Virus record (IMG/VR): IMGVR_UViG_2721755660_000001
Length of the DNA stretch: 64,000 nucleotides
Strand: one strand, 5' to 3'
Origin: a virus
Lineage: Duplodnaviria; Heunggongvirae; Uroviricota; Caudoviricetes
The position numbers and the translations under genes were made by a program. This document shows, piece after piece, positions 29,388 to 38,334 of this stretch (position 1 is its first letter; each line of letters opens with the position of its first letter). The notes below the pieces were generated by a model. That model saw only the letters and a list, made by a program, of their open reading frames with translations. It did not search any database and was not told the DNA's origin.

Positions 29388-30485
29388 ATGTTTGTATTCT
29401 CCAAGTCTATCGGTGAAAAGACCGGTAACCTCGCGGTTAACCAGGCGCAATGGCGCGCCCTTGAAGTTGAGCGAAACGCCAGCGCACAGGCTGCGGCTGA
29501 TTTTCTGGCGCGCACTCAGTTCCGTGGCGATGCAGAAAATGCTCCTTATCTCGACGCTGTGAACGCAGTTGACGATATCCGTCGCCTGTATCGCGCTTTC
29601 GACACAACTGTGCTTCAGCAGTTCGAGCCGAATACCGAGTTCACTCTGTTGAACGATTTGATGCCGCTTTCTCGCTCCGTGCGAATAGAGCAGTCTCGTT
29701 ACGATTATGCTCGTACCGGCGGTCGCGGCTGGGCTCATACGTCCATGTCCGGCCAGGTCGGTGCGGCGCTGGATGCTCGCAGCTATTCCTTCGATGGCAC
29801 TATGGTGCCTATCCACGACTCGGGCTTTAAGTTCGAATGGCGTGATCCAATCTTCAATAGCCCGCAGGCATTGCAGTCGCAGTCGGATGCGCAGCGTGGA
29901 TCCGTTGAAGACGTTCAGCGTCGTTACGTTGATTACATTTTCAACGGCTTCCGTGACAAAGCTGGCAACTTCGCAGTCTTCGATGGCCTTACCTGGAAAG
30001 GATTGCGTGACGATGAGCGTGTAGCGCAGATCGACCTTGGGGCTTCCGGCCTAAACATCGATTTCACCTCTGGCACAGCAACGTCAGAGGCAATCCGCGC
30101 TGGCGCAATCGCGCTGCGTGATCAGATGCGTCGCGTGAACAACCAGTATGCAGAGCAGACCTGGTACGTATCAGGTGAAATCATCTCCAACCTGGAGCGT
30201 TATTTCTCCGACAACTTCCAGTCAGGCACGATCATGGATGAAATTCTGAAACTGACCGGTGTTGCGGCGATTAAAGAAGACAGCCAGCTGTCAGGTAACG
30301 AAATCGTCATCGTTCCACTGAGTGCAGGCGTCATCGCTCCAATCGTCGGGCAGGCTATCGGTACCGTTGCATCTCCGCGCCCGGAGTACAACAGCGACTA
30401 CATCTGGCGCACCTGGGGTGCAATGGGGTTGATGGTCAAGCAGGACATCAACAACAAATACTCCGTAATTCACGCATCAAGCTAA
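29388..30485 (+). CDS. Major capsid protein
   Basis: 365 aa, position after scaffold-like gene, RBS present; size typical of HK97-fold capsid proteins. Confidence 0.65.
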   Translation: MFVFSKSIGEKTGNLAVNQAQWRALEVERNASAQAAADFLARTQFRGDAENAPYLDAVNAVDDIRRLYRAFDTTVLQQFEPNTEFTLLNDLMPLSRSVRIEQSRYDYARTGGRGWAHTSMSGQVGAALDARSYSFDGTMVPIHDSGFKFEWRDPIFNSPQALQSQSDAQRGSVEDVQRRYVDYIFNGFRDKAGNFAVFDGLTWKGLRDDERVAQIDLGASGLNIDFTSGTATSEAIRAGAIALRDQMRRVNNQYAEQTWYVSGEIISNLERYFSDNFQSGTIMDEILKLTGVAAIKEDSQLSGNEIVIVPLSAGVIAPIVGQAIGTVASPRPEYNSDYIWRTWGAMGLMVKQDINNKYSVIHASS

Positions 30486-30494
30486 GGATAAATC

Positions 30495-30860
30495 ATGGCA
30501 CTGGTAGAAATCGTGACAAGTAATCTGCACGCCGGTGCCAACCTCCGCAAGCTGGAGGTTGGTTCCGTGGTAGAGGTAGACGATGAAACGGCAAAGCGCT
30601 GGATCAGCACTGGCAAGGCGAAGGACACTGACAAGAAGAAAGGCGAAAAGTTGGTGTTTGAGGTGGCAACGCCGTCAGCACCCACAGGTGATTTGTCTGA
30701 CCTGCAAAAGCAACTCGCCGACGCATTGGAGCAGAACCAAAAGCAAATCGCCGATGGTGAAGCAAAAGACAAGGCTCACGCCGACGCACTGGCAGCAGAA
30801 ACCAAACGCGCTGACGAAGCCGAAGCAGCACTGGCGGAAGCAATCAAGAAGGCGAAATAA
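30495..30860 (+). CDS. Hypothetical head-associated protein
   Basis: 121 aa, Ala/Lys/Glu-rich C-terminus. Confidence 0.45.
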   Translation: MALVEIVTSNLHAGANLRKLEVGSVVEVDDETAKRWISTGKAKDTDKKKGEKLVFEVATPSAPTGDLSDLQKQLADALEQNQKQIADGEAKDKAHADALAAETKRADEAEAALAEAIKKAK

Positions 30861-30862
30861 CC

Positions 30863-31243
30863 ATGGCTGACCCAATCACAGCGGCAGACGTGCAGGCGTT
30901 CCTCGGTGAATTGGGTTACTCCATCCCGGGTGCGCTGCTGGATCCGATCCTCTGCGTGGTGAACAAGATTATCCCGTGCCTCGATGGTGCTGGCTATGAC
31001 GACTGCACTGCGAAGCTGATCTTGATGTACGCCGCCGCGCTTATGGCTACGTCGTCCGGCGCGCGCCGCATCAAATCGCAGGGTGCGCCTTCTGGCGCGT
31101 CCCGTTCGTTTGAGTATGGCGACGACAGTATCACTTGGTTGCGCGACTCGCTGGCCCGGCTAGATACCAGCGGCTGCACCGGTGAGTTGCCGATCAGCGC
31201 AGGTAATAGCGTCGGCCTGTTCATGGTGGTCGGGGGCTGCTGA
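30863..31243 (+). CDS. Hypothetical head-tail connector region protein
   Basis: 126-aa ORF in the head-tail joining region. Confidence 0.45.
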   Translation: MADPITAADVQAFLGELGYSIPGALLDPILCVVNKIIPCLDGAGYDDCTAKLILMYAAALMATSSGARRIKSQGAPSGASRSFEYGDDSITWLRDSLARLDTSGCTGELPISAGNSVGLFMVVGGC

Positions 31244-31416
31244 TGACGTACAAATCAGTTAAGCACGGGCTGCCGCGCTCGTTCACCCGCGTCTGGGTGA
31301 TGACCGACACCGGGCGGGAGACTACCGGCTACGTGAAATCGGATGGCGAGTGGTTCATCAACTGCCCGCGCATCCGGGCGACTGGCGCGAAGGTGCTGAG
31401 CTGGAAGGAGGGCTGA
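31243..31416 (+). CDS. Small hypothetical protein (57 aa)
   Basis: ATGA overlap with the upstream gene and ends at the start of the next gene; below the track cutoff. Confidence 0.3.
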   Translation: MTYKSVKHGLPRSFTRVWVMTDTGRETTGYVKSDGEWFINCPRIRATGAKVLSWKEG

Positions 31417-31766
31417 TGTCATCGGTAGCGAACTGGAGCTATACCGCCACGGCGACCATCTGGCGCAAACTGGAAGGAAATGACGAATACGGCGATCCGC
31501 TTGGCTATGCCGAACCTGAGCAAATCCTCTGCGATTACGAGAGCGGGCTCAGTAAGAAGTTAGCCAGCCTGGGCGCTGAAATCGTCGTTAAGAACACCGT
31601 CTGGACAGAGTTCGCGCTGGCGGCCACGGGTGATTACCTGCTGATTGGCGTATCGACCGAAGCGGACCCGGTTGTCGCCGGTGCCGACGAGGTGCGGCAG
31701 GTTATCCGTTATGCCGACACGTTTGAGCGCCTGGCGGATGACTACGCCATCCTGACGGGAGTGTAG
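31416..31766 (+). CDS. Putative head-tail adaptor/completion protein
   Basis: Internal ATG of track ORF 31350..31766 preceded by GAAGGAGGG. Confidence 0.45.
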   Translation: MSSVANWSYTATATIWRKLEGNDEYGDPLGYAEPEQILCDYESGLSKKLASLGAEIVVKNTVWTEFALAATGDYLLIGVSTEADPVVAGADEVRQVIRYADTFERLADDYAILTGV

Positions 31767-31768
31767 CC

Positions 31769-32137
31769 ATGGGCATAAAAGTACGCGGTGTTAAGAAGTC
31801 GAAAGCCGGGCTCAATCGCATCATTAACGACGTGAAAGGGCGAAAGGTCGCCAGGGCGCTACAGTCAGTAATGATAATTGGCAGCTCCCAGGCCGCGCTT
31901 TATACGCCGATCGACACCTCAACGCTGCTTAATAGCCAGTATCGGGAGTTGATTAACAACGGTATTCGACTGACAGGTCGTGTTGGATACACGGCGAACT
32001 ACGCTGTTTTCGTTCACGACCCTAACGTTTCGCAAACCTTCCGCCGCGCCACAGCGCAGAAAGAGTTCCTCACTAAAGGCTTTGAAGACACCCGCAGCCA
32101 GATTGATGCCGTAATGCGCAAGGAGCTTTCAGTATGA
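31769..32137 (+). CDS. HK97 gp10-like tail-completion family protein
   Basis: 122 aa, position between head-tail connector genes and major tail protein. Confidence 0.5.
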   Translation: MGIKVRGVKKSKAGLNRIINDVKGRKVARALQSVMIIGSSQAALYTPIDTSTLLNSQYRELINNGIRLTGRVGYTANYAVFVHDPNVSQTFRRATAQKEFLTKGFEDTRSQIDAVMRKELSV

Positions 32138-32517
32138 CACCTGCCATGTATGAGCGCGTGCGTAACTACTTCGTTGATGCCGGGCTTACCACTGGCTTCA
32201 TTGTTCAGTTGCTGGCATGGGACGACACAACGAAGTTAACCGACGCATTCATCGTGTTCCGGCCTAACGGCGGTACCGACATCCGAAATGACCTCGGATC
32301 TGACCACTACGTGCTGGTGGATGTCATTTCCGCCAAGGATAAGCGTCGAGCAGCCGCTGAGAAGGCTCAGGAAATCATCAATTATGTCGAACAGAACGAC
32401 ATTACCGACGAATGCCTTGGGCTGATTCAAAACCTCGGCAATGTGCCTGCACCTATCCTGACTGAAGAGGGCCGCCTGGTCTTCCGACTCCATTTCATGT
32501 GCGTTTACGGCGAATAA
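32134..32517 (+). CDS. Putative tail terminator protein
   Basis: 127 aa, overlapping start, immediately upstream of the major tail protein. Confidence 0.45.
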   Translation: MTPAMYERVRNYFVDAGLTTGFIVQLLAWDDTTKLTDAFIVFRPNGGTDIRNDLGSDHYVLVDVISAKDKRRAAAEKAQEIINYVEQNDITDECLGLIQNLGNVPAPILTEEGRLVFRLHFMCVYGE

Positions 32518-32575
32518 ACCCATCACCAACCCATCAGGCTGCCATCCGGCGGCCTTTTTTATTTGAGAGGTACAC

Positions 32576-33331
32576 ATGCAAGGCTGTGTTAATGATTTTG
32601 GCAAGCTGATCGGGAAAGTAGCTGTGCTACGCATGGCCTTTGGCTGCCCCGACACAGTGCCAGCGCTTTCCGAGTGGAAGCGTCTCGGCGCTATGACGAC
32701 TAAGGGTCTCGATTATTCGATGAACACCATCAACTCCGAGGCAGATGATGCTAAAGGGCTGGTGGAGAACCTGGTCAACAACATGGATCTGACGATCTCC
32801 GGCGAAGGGGAGTTTCGCAAGTCTGATAAAGATAACGAGATTGGCGCATGGCGTCTGTCGAAGTACATCTTTGACGAAGTACAGGCTGGCCGTCAGCCTA
32901 ATCTGTGGGTGCGTTTCGACTTCGCGGGTGAGAACGCCGGTACTTATATCCAGGGTTACATGAACACCACTTCATGGTCTGGTGACTTCGGTACCAACGA
33001 TATCTCAACTTTCTCCGGCGAGTGGAAGGTCTACGACGCCGACACTGTCGTGTTTGAAGTCGCTGATTCTATCGCGGCCACTGGCGTTGAAGTTACCCCT
33101 GCAACTGCATCTCTGGTCGTTGGCTCAACCCAACAACTCAGCGGCGCGGTTCAACCAACCGATGCGACTAACAAGGCGATCACCTGGACTACTTCGGCGC
33201 CATCCATCGCCACTGTCAGTTCAACCGGCCTGGTGACAGCAGTTGCCGAGGGCACCGCGACTATTACGGCTACCACTGCTGACGGTAATTTCGCCGACAC
33301 CTGTGCAGTTACCGTTACTGCCGCGCCGTAA
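32576..33331 (+). CDS. Major tail protein with C-terminal Ig-like (Big_2-type) domain
   Basis: C-terminal Thr/Ala/Val-rich segment typical of Ig-like decorations; start codon uncertain. Confidence 0.6.
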   Translation: MQGCVNDFGKLIGKVAVLRMAFGCPDTVPALSEWKRLGAMTTKGLDYSMNTINSEADDAKGLVENLVNNMDLTISGEGEFRKSDKDNEIGAWRLSKYIFDEVQAGRQPNLWVRFDFAGENAGTYIQGYMNTTSWSGDFGTNDISTFSGEWKVYDADTVVFEVADSIAATGVEVTPATASLVVGSTQQLSGAVQPTDATNKAITWTTSAPSIATVSSTGLVTAVAEGTATITATTADGNFADTCAVTVTAAP

Positions 33332-33381
33332 TCACTACAAAGGGCGGCGTGCTGCCCTTGATACTGGTTATGGAGAACGAT

Positions 33382-34107
33382 ATGACACCTTTGAAAGAAA
33401 TTGGCGAGTGCCTGATTGGTACTGGAGACAGTGAATACTTCTTCCGCCCATCATTCCGTAACATGACTCGGATCGGCGAACCAGAACATATCGTCCGCAC
33501 CTTCTATGCGCTGTTCAATGAGGATGTGGCAAAGATGCTTGAAGCGGCGCGCGAAATTCACAGTGCGATACCAGAGCATCAGCGCAGATTTTACGCCCAC
33601 TATTTCGGTGACGTTTCGCTGCCACGCTGGGCACTTGATGCAGCAGGCTCTGCCGCGTTTGTGCGTGATGCATTACTCTCGGCTATTAACGTCATTCAGT
33701 CCTGCTGTGACGAGGACGTTTCTGAACTGACAGGATGGCATGAGCCATCACGCACTGGACGGCGAACGTTTGTATGGCGCCGTGGCGCGCTGCCGCCGGA
33801 GAACCTTATTCTGATAGCTCAGTCGCTGATCATGCATGGCGTTATCGGACGGGCGAAGGTTCGTAAGTTGCAAAAGCACGAAAGCAAGGAAACGACACCG
33901 GAGTTCCATGCAACTGAATACATCATGGCGGCGCGAAACCATTTTGGGATCAGCAGGGAAGAGGCTGAAAACCTTACCATGACCGAATTCGCCATGATGC
34001 TTAACGCCAAATACCCTGACCAGAAAGGCTTCACCAGGGAAGAGTACGACGCGGTTATGGACGATGATGAACGGCGTTGGCAGGAAATGATGAAACGCGA
34101 AAATTAA
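33382..34107 (+). CDS. Putative tail assembly chaperone
   Basis: Position between major tail and tape-measure genes; GGAGA RBS at the internal ATG; acidic C-terminus. Confidence 0.4.
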   Translation: MTPLKEIGECLIGTGDSEYFFRPSFRNMTRIGEPEHIVRTFYALFNEDVAKMLEAAREIHSAIPEHQRRFYAHYFGDVSLPRWALDAAGSAAFVRDALLSAINVIQSCCDEDVSELTGWHEPSRTGRRTFVWRRGALPPENLILIAQSLIMHGVIGRAKVRKLQKHESKETTPEFHATEYIMAARNHFGISREEAENLTMTEFAMMLNAKYPDQKGFTREEYDAVMDDDERRWQEMMKREN

Positions 34108-34212
34108 AAAAAAGCTATATAGCCATTTTTAGTAGGGGGGATTTGGAGTAGTTCTATGATCGTTTTCATCTCTATCTGGTAGCATCCTTTCGAACTAATA
34201 GGAGATGTGAAA

Positions 34213-34572
34213 ATGAAAAAAGTCTTTATCCTTGGATTGGGTTTATTATCTTTCTATGTCAGTGCCTCTGAATTTTCTGAGCAGGATTTAATCGAGTTAG
34301 GAAAAAAAGAAATCCGGACTGAAATCTCATTGCCAACATCTTTTTCACAGGAAAAATTTATTCCTGATACTCGTGACAATCCATCTTCTCGAAGTGGAAA
34401 TGTTTGCCTTAAAGTCTCTGGAAGAAAGAATGACGGAACTGCAATGGATCTAGCTGTCTACGGAGTGCACATAGCCACAAAAGGTGAACAAGCTACTTTT
34501 GGTGAAATTTTTAAATTTATTGGCGAATCTGAAATGCAAAGTTCAGAAGCCAAAGAATCTTGCAAATTTTAA
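34213..34572 (+). CDS. Hypothetical secreted protein (moron between tail chaperone and tape measure)
   Basis: Sec-type signal peptide (MKMKKVFILGLGLLSFYVSA), AGGAGA RBS, visibly AT-rich, own terminator. Confidence 0.55.
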   Translation: MKKVFILGLGLLSFYVSASEFSEQDLIELGKKEIRTEISLPTSFSQEKFIPDTRDNPSSRSGNVCLKVSGRKNDGTAMDLAVYGVHIATKGEQATFGEIFKFIGESEMQSSEAKESCKF

Positions 34573-34621
34573 ATTCGCCATGATGTTATAATACCTCAAC
34601 ATCATTGGATTTCATTAATGA

Positions 34622-34644
34622 ACCCGCTACGGCGGGTTTTTTTA
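34622..34644 (+). terminator. Intrinsic terminator
   Basis: CCCGC-TACG-GCGGG hairpin followed by TTTTTTT. Confidence 0.55.
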
Positions 34645-34660
34645 TGCCCGGAGAAAAGTG

Positions 34661-36988
34661 ATGTCTGAAAAAGCAGGCGAGATTTATTACGACATCGAGG
34701 CCGATGTTTCTGGCTTGCTCAAGGCGCAGGGAAAGGCTAATAAGTCGCTCGACTCCATCGGCAACTCGGCGACCAATGCAGCCAAAAAGATGGGTGAGTT
34801 GCAGACGAATATCAACCGCGTCGCAGGGGCTATTGCCGCATCACTTGTTGTTGACTGGGGTAAGGCGTTTCTCGTTGCTGCTGACAACATGAGCCAGCTC
34901 AACGCGCGTATAGAGAGGCTTACTGGTAGCGCAGCGACAGCCTCTCAGACAATGCAGAGCCTGATGCGTATCAGTTCGGCAACTGGCGGTTCTCTTCAGG
35001 ACACTGCGAAGCTGTGGGAAACTCTCAGCACGGCGTTGCGCGATACCGGCGCGACGAACGGCCAGATCATTCAGCTCACCGAAACACTTCAGAAAATCGG
35101 GCGTATTGGTGGATCCTCATCCGAGGAAATGGCGAATGCGCTCCGTCAGTTCGGCCAGTCCATATCCTCGGGCACTATCCGTGCTGAGGAGTTCAACTCC
35201 ATCCTTGAGCAAATGCCAGAACTGGCGCGGCAGATCGCCGCCGGGATGGGTGTAAGCATTGGAGAACTTCGCCAGCTGATGCTGGACGGGAAACTGACGG
35301 CAGAAGAAGCCCTCAACGCTATTCAGAAGCAAACCGGATCAGTCAACGCTGAGTTCGAGAAACTCCCGCGTACGCTTTCACAGGCTAATACCGCGCTGAC
35401 AAACTCATTCCTGTCGATGATCGATTCAGTTAACCAGGCAACAGGTGCGAGTAACGGCCTGGTGGCAGTTATCGATTCAATGACAGCTGCGCTCGACAGA
35501 CTGGTTGGTAAGGCAATCTCAGCGGATGCGCAGATTTCAGATCTGAACAGCACGGCAGAAATGTTTACCCGCCGGGCCCGGACCTGGTCATGGCTGGGGC
35601 TTGATGGTTGGGAGGCACAAAACAAAGCGCTGGCTGGGCTGAGCAATAAAGCCGCGATTCTGGTTGGCGACCTGGCGGCTGTAACCAAAGAATCACAGGC
35701 CGCCGCCAACACCAAGCCGATCGAGATAAAAACCACGGCAACGACCACCGGGAGCAAGTCGAAAGGTGGAGCGTCAGCCGCTAAGAAAGAAGCGGATCAA
35801 TACGCTAAAGCGCAGGAAACCGTTAACCAAAAACTGGATGAGTTGCGGCAGAAGGCCGAGCTGTCAGCGGGGAGTGTTGGCGAGTTATCGCGAGCGCAGG
35901 CCGTGCTTAATGCACAGCAGTCTCTCGGTAATACCGCCACGCAGGAGCAAATCATGCTGGCCGGTCAACTGGCAGGTAAAGCCTGGGACAATGCCAACGC
36001 ATTGCGTGAGCAGGCCAAGGCTGAACGGGAGCGCACAGAGACTGCCAATAAGTTCAGCACAATCCAGGGGAAAACCAGCAAAACAGCCGGCCTGGATAGC
36101 CAGTACCAGAAAGACATTGCTGACATCCAGCTTTACGCCCAACTTTACCCGCAGAAGATCGGGGAGGCTGAGGCAGCGCGTGCCGCTATCGAGCAGCAGT
36201 ATCGTGATCAGCGTAACGCTGCAATGTGGGAAGAATGGGCGCAACAGAACGCGGCCACTCAGGCAGCGGCAGCGGCTTTCGACTCTCTTGGTTCGGTGGC
36301 CAGCAATGCGCTGACTGGCATTGTCACCGGAAGTATGTCGGCCAGCGATGCGATGCGCAGTATCGGTATGACCGTGCTGAACAGCGTTGTTAACTCGTTC
36401 GTTCAGATGGGCATTGAGTGGGTTAAGTCGGCCATTATGGGCCAGACGGCCACTACCGCGGCGGTTGCAGCATCCACCACGGCGCAGGCAGCAGGCATCG
36501 CAACCACGACAGCTACTTCGACGGCAGCGGCAGCGGCTACTACGGCGGCATGGACTCCTGCGGCCATCATGTCCTCCGTGGCTTCATTCGGTGGCGCTGT
36601 TGCTATTGGTCTTGGCGCGATGGCTGGCATCCTGGCATTGTCTGGCAAGCGCAAGAATGGCGGCCCGGTGAGTGCAGGCGGAATGTATCAGGTCGGCGAA
36701 GGGGGCATGCCTGAGATTTACCAGGCCAGCACCGGTAAGCAGTACATGATTCCTGGTGATAACGGTCGGTTGATCAGCAATAAGGACATTACTGCCGGGG
36801 GAGGTGGAGGGGTGGTAATCAACATCCAGAACTACACGTCATCCTCTGTCGATGCGCAGGCCGGTACGGATGCTAATGGTGGCGTGACTGTGGATGTGAT
36901 CGTCGCTGACCTGAATAACGGTGGGCCCATCAGTAACGCCATTACCAGCAACATGAACGTTAAACGAACGCCGAGGGGGCAGGGCTGA
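34661..36988 (+). CDS. Tail tape measure protein
   Basis: ~775 aa, Ala/Gln-rich coiled-coil-type composition, location in tail module. Confidence 0.8.
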   Translation: MSEKAGEIYYDIEADVSGLLKAQGKANKSLDSIGNSATNAAKKMGELQTNINRVAGAIAASLVVDWGKAFLVAADNMSQLNARIERLTGSAATASQTMQSLMRISSATGGSLQDTAKLWETLSTALRDTGATNGQIIQLTETLQKIGRIGGSSSEEMANALRQFGQSISSGTIRAEEFNSILEQMPELARQIAAGMGVSIGELRQLMLDGKLTAEEALNAIQKQTGSVNAEFEKLPRTLSQANTALTNSFLSMIDSVNQATGASNGLVAVIDSMTAALDRLVGKAISADAQISDLNSTAEMFTRRARTWSWLGLDGWEAQNKALAGLSNKAAILVGDLAAVTKESQAAANTKPIEIKTTATTTGSKSKGGASAAKKEADQYAKAQETVNQKLDELRQKAELSAGSVGELSRAQAVLNAQQSLGNTATQEQIMLAGQLAGKAWDNANALREQAKAERERTETANKFSTIQGKTSKTAGLDSQYQKDIADIQLYAQLYPQKIGEAEAARAAIEQQYRDQRNAAMWEEWAQQNAATQAAAAAFDSLGSVASNALTGIVTGSMSASDAMRSIGMTVLNSVVNSFVQMGIEWVKSAIMGQTATTAAVAASTTAQAAGIATTTATSTAAAAATTAAWTPAAIMSSVASFGGAVAIGLGAMAGILALSGKRKNGGPVSAGGMYQVGEGGMPEIYQASTGKQYMIPGDNGRLISNKDITAGGGGGVVINIQNYTSSSVDAQAGTDANGGVTVDVIVADLNNGGPISNAITSNMNVKRTPRGQG

Positions 36989-37485
36989 TGCCAATTATCG
37001 ACTATCCCGACTGGCTGCCGCTGGCTCAGAAGGCCAGCAAAAACATGACTCTCGATACCGGGTTCCAGACCGATCAGCCAGCGGTCGGCCCGGCAATCTT
37101 CGAGAATCAAACCGACGACCTGAAAGTGACCTGGTCACTGACGTGGATCTTCACTCTGGCGCAGGAACGCGCTTTCCAGCAGTGGCTACGCAGCCCGAAC
37201 TATCTCAACCGGGGCCTGAACTGGTTCCGGATGAATATCAATCTTGGCGGCAGTGGCCTGCAATTGCAGGAGCTTCACTTCACGCAGATGCCAGTGCAAA
37301 CCAGTATCGACGGCGGGGTGGTAACCTGGACGGGAACCGTAATTGCCAACCATCTGTATAACGCCGACGATGAGTTCGACGACATCATTGTTGAGCTGCC
37401 GCCGCCGTGGGATTCGTGGCTGGATATCGTGGTTACGGGTTATCCGGATGGGCGCGATCCGGAAAGTCTTCCGAGGGTTCCCTGA
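36988..37485 (+). CDS. Minor tail protein
   Basis: 165 aa, ATGA-coupled to the tape-measure gene. Confidence 0.5.
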   Translation: MPIIDYPDWLPLAQKASKNMTLDTGFQTDQPAVGPAIFENQTDDLKVTWSLTWIFTLAQERAFQQWLRSPNYLNRGLNWFRMNINLGGSGLQLQELHFTQMPVQTSIDGGVVTWTGTVIANHLYNADDEFDDIIVELPPPWDSWLDIVVTGYPDGRDPESLPRVP

Positions 37486-37955
37486 TGCCATCATTCCGTC
37501 AATATAAGCAGCAACGGCCGACGCGCGGACTGTACGACACCATTACGTTCTACCATCCATCCTTTGGCTACGTCCGCCTGGTCGATAAGCAGTTCTTCCC
37601 GAAGACGCTCGGCGGGCAGACGTACACGCCAGCGCGCTTTGAAATCGAAGAGAGTCAGCAGAGCGGTACTCCGGTGATAGACGCGACGGTGAAGTTAGGG
37701 CGGCTGTCGTCGGACATCAAAGCTCTGATGAAGCAGTGGAAGGGGGCGGCCCGGCTGACGGCCATCACGGCCACAAGGCAGATCTTCGATAGCGGGGACG
37801 TGTCTGTGCCGATTAAGTCCTGGCAGTTATACGTCAAGACAGTGGACATCGACGCTGACTCCGCGTCAGTAACCCTGTCCGTCACCAACCCGCTGAACAA
37901 CAACATCGGAAGGCTCTATGACCCAACGGAATATACCGGCCTGCAGTACCTCTGA
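37485..37955 (+). CDS. Minor tail protein
   Basis: Start overlaps the upstream stop (TGATG), GAGGG RBS. Confidence 0.5.
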   Translation: MPSFRQYKQQRPTRGLYDTITFYHPSFGYVRLVDKQFFPKTLGGQTYTPARFEIEESQQSGTPVIDATVKLGRLSSDIKALMKQWKGAARLTAITATRQIFDSGDVSVPIKSWQLYVKTVDIDADSASVTLSVTNPLNNNIGRLYDPTEYTGLQYL

Positions 37956-38334
37956 TTTTGTTTGGAAGGTGATCGGCTTGCCGTGGTCTAACCGGGCCTG
38001 CTCTTTCGAGGAGGTCGATTGTTGGGGCCTGGTGGTGCTGTATTACCGGCACGTTCTCGGCATTGAACTGCACCAGACGCCGGACTACGAAGCCGGTGAG
38101 GACTTCTTCACCTGCTACCAGGGTGATGTCGTTTTCTGGCGCCCGGTCGACAAGCCAGTCGAGGGAGGGATATTCGTCGGGTACCGCGGCGCGCAACCGG
38201 CACACGTTGGCTTGGTGCTGAACCGAAAAGCCATTCATGCGCGCGGGGAAAACGGCAGCGTGAAAGAAGATTCGTTGCTGGTCATTCGGCGTGCATTCAC
38301 CAAAGTGGAGTTTTTCGAATATGGCGCTGGTTGA
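37918..38334 (+). CDS. Tail-associated NlpC/P60 (C40) peptidase
   Basis: Catalytic-Cys context (DCWGLVVLYY) and later His typical of NlpC/P60; position in tail-tip cluster. Confidence 0.6.
   Translation: MTQRNIPACSTSDFVWKVIGLPWSNRACSFEEVDCWGLVVLYYRHVLGIELHQTPDYEAGEDFFTCYQGDVVFWRPVDKPVEGGIFVGYRGAQPAHVGLVLNRKAIHARGENGSVKEDSLLVIRRAFTKVEFFEYGAG

Noticed and set aside
33506..34034. Programmed-frameshift partner ORF for the tail assembly chaperone.
   Set aside because: The overlapping ORFs are on the wrong strand or frame and no slippery site with a downstream overlapping frame was evident; the space is instead occupied by a separate secreted-protein gene.
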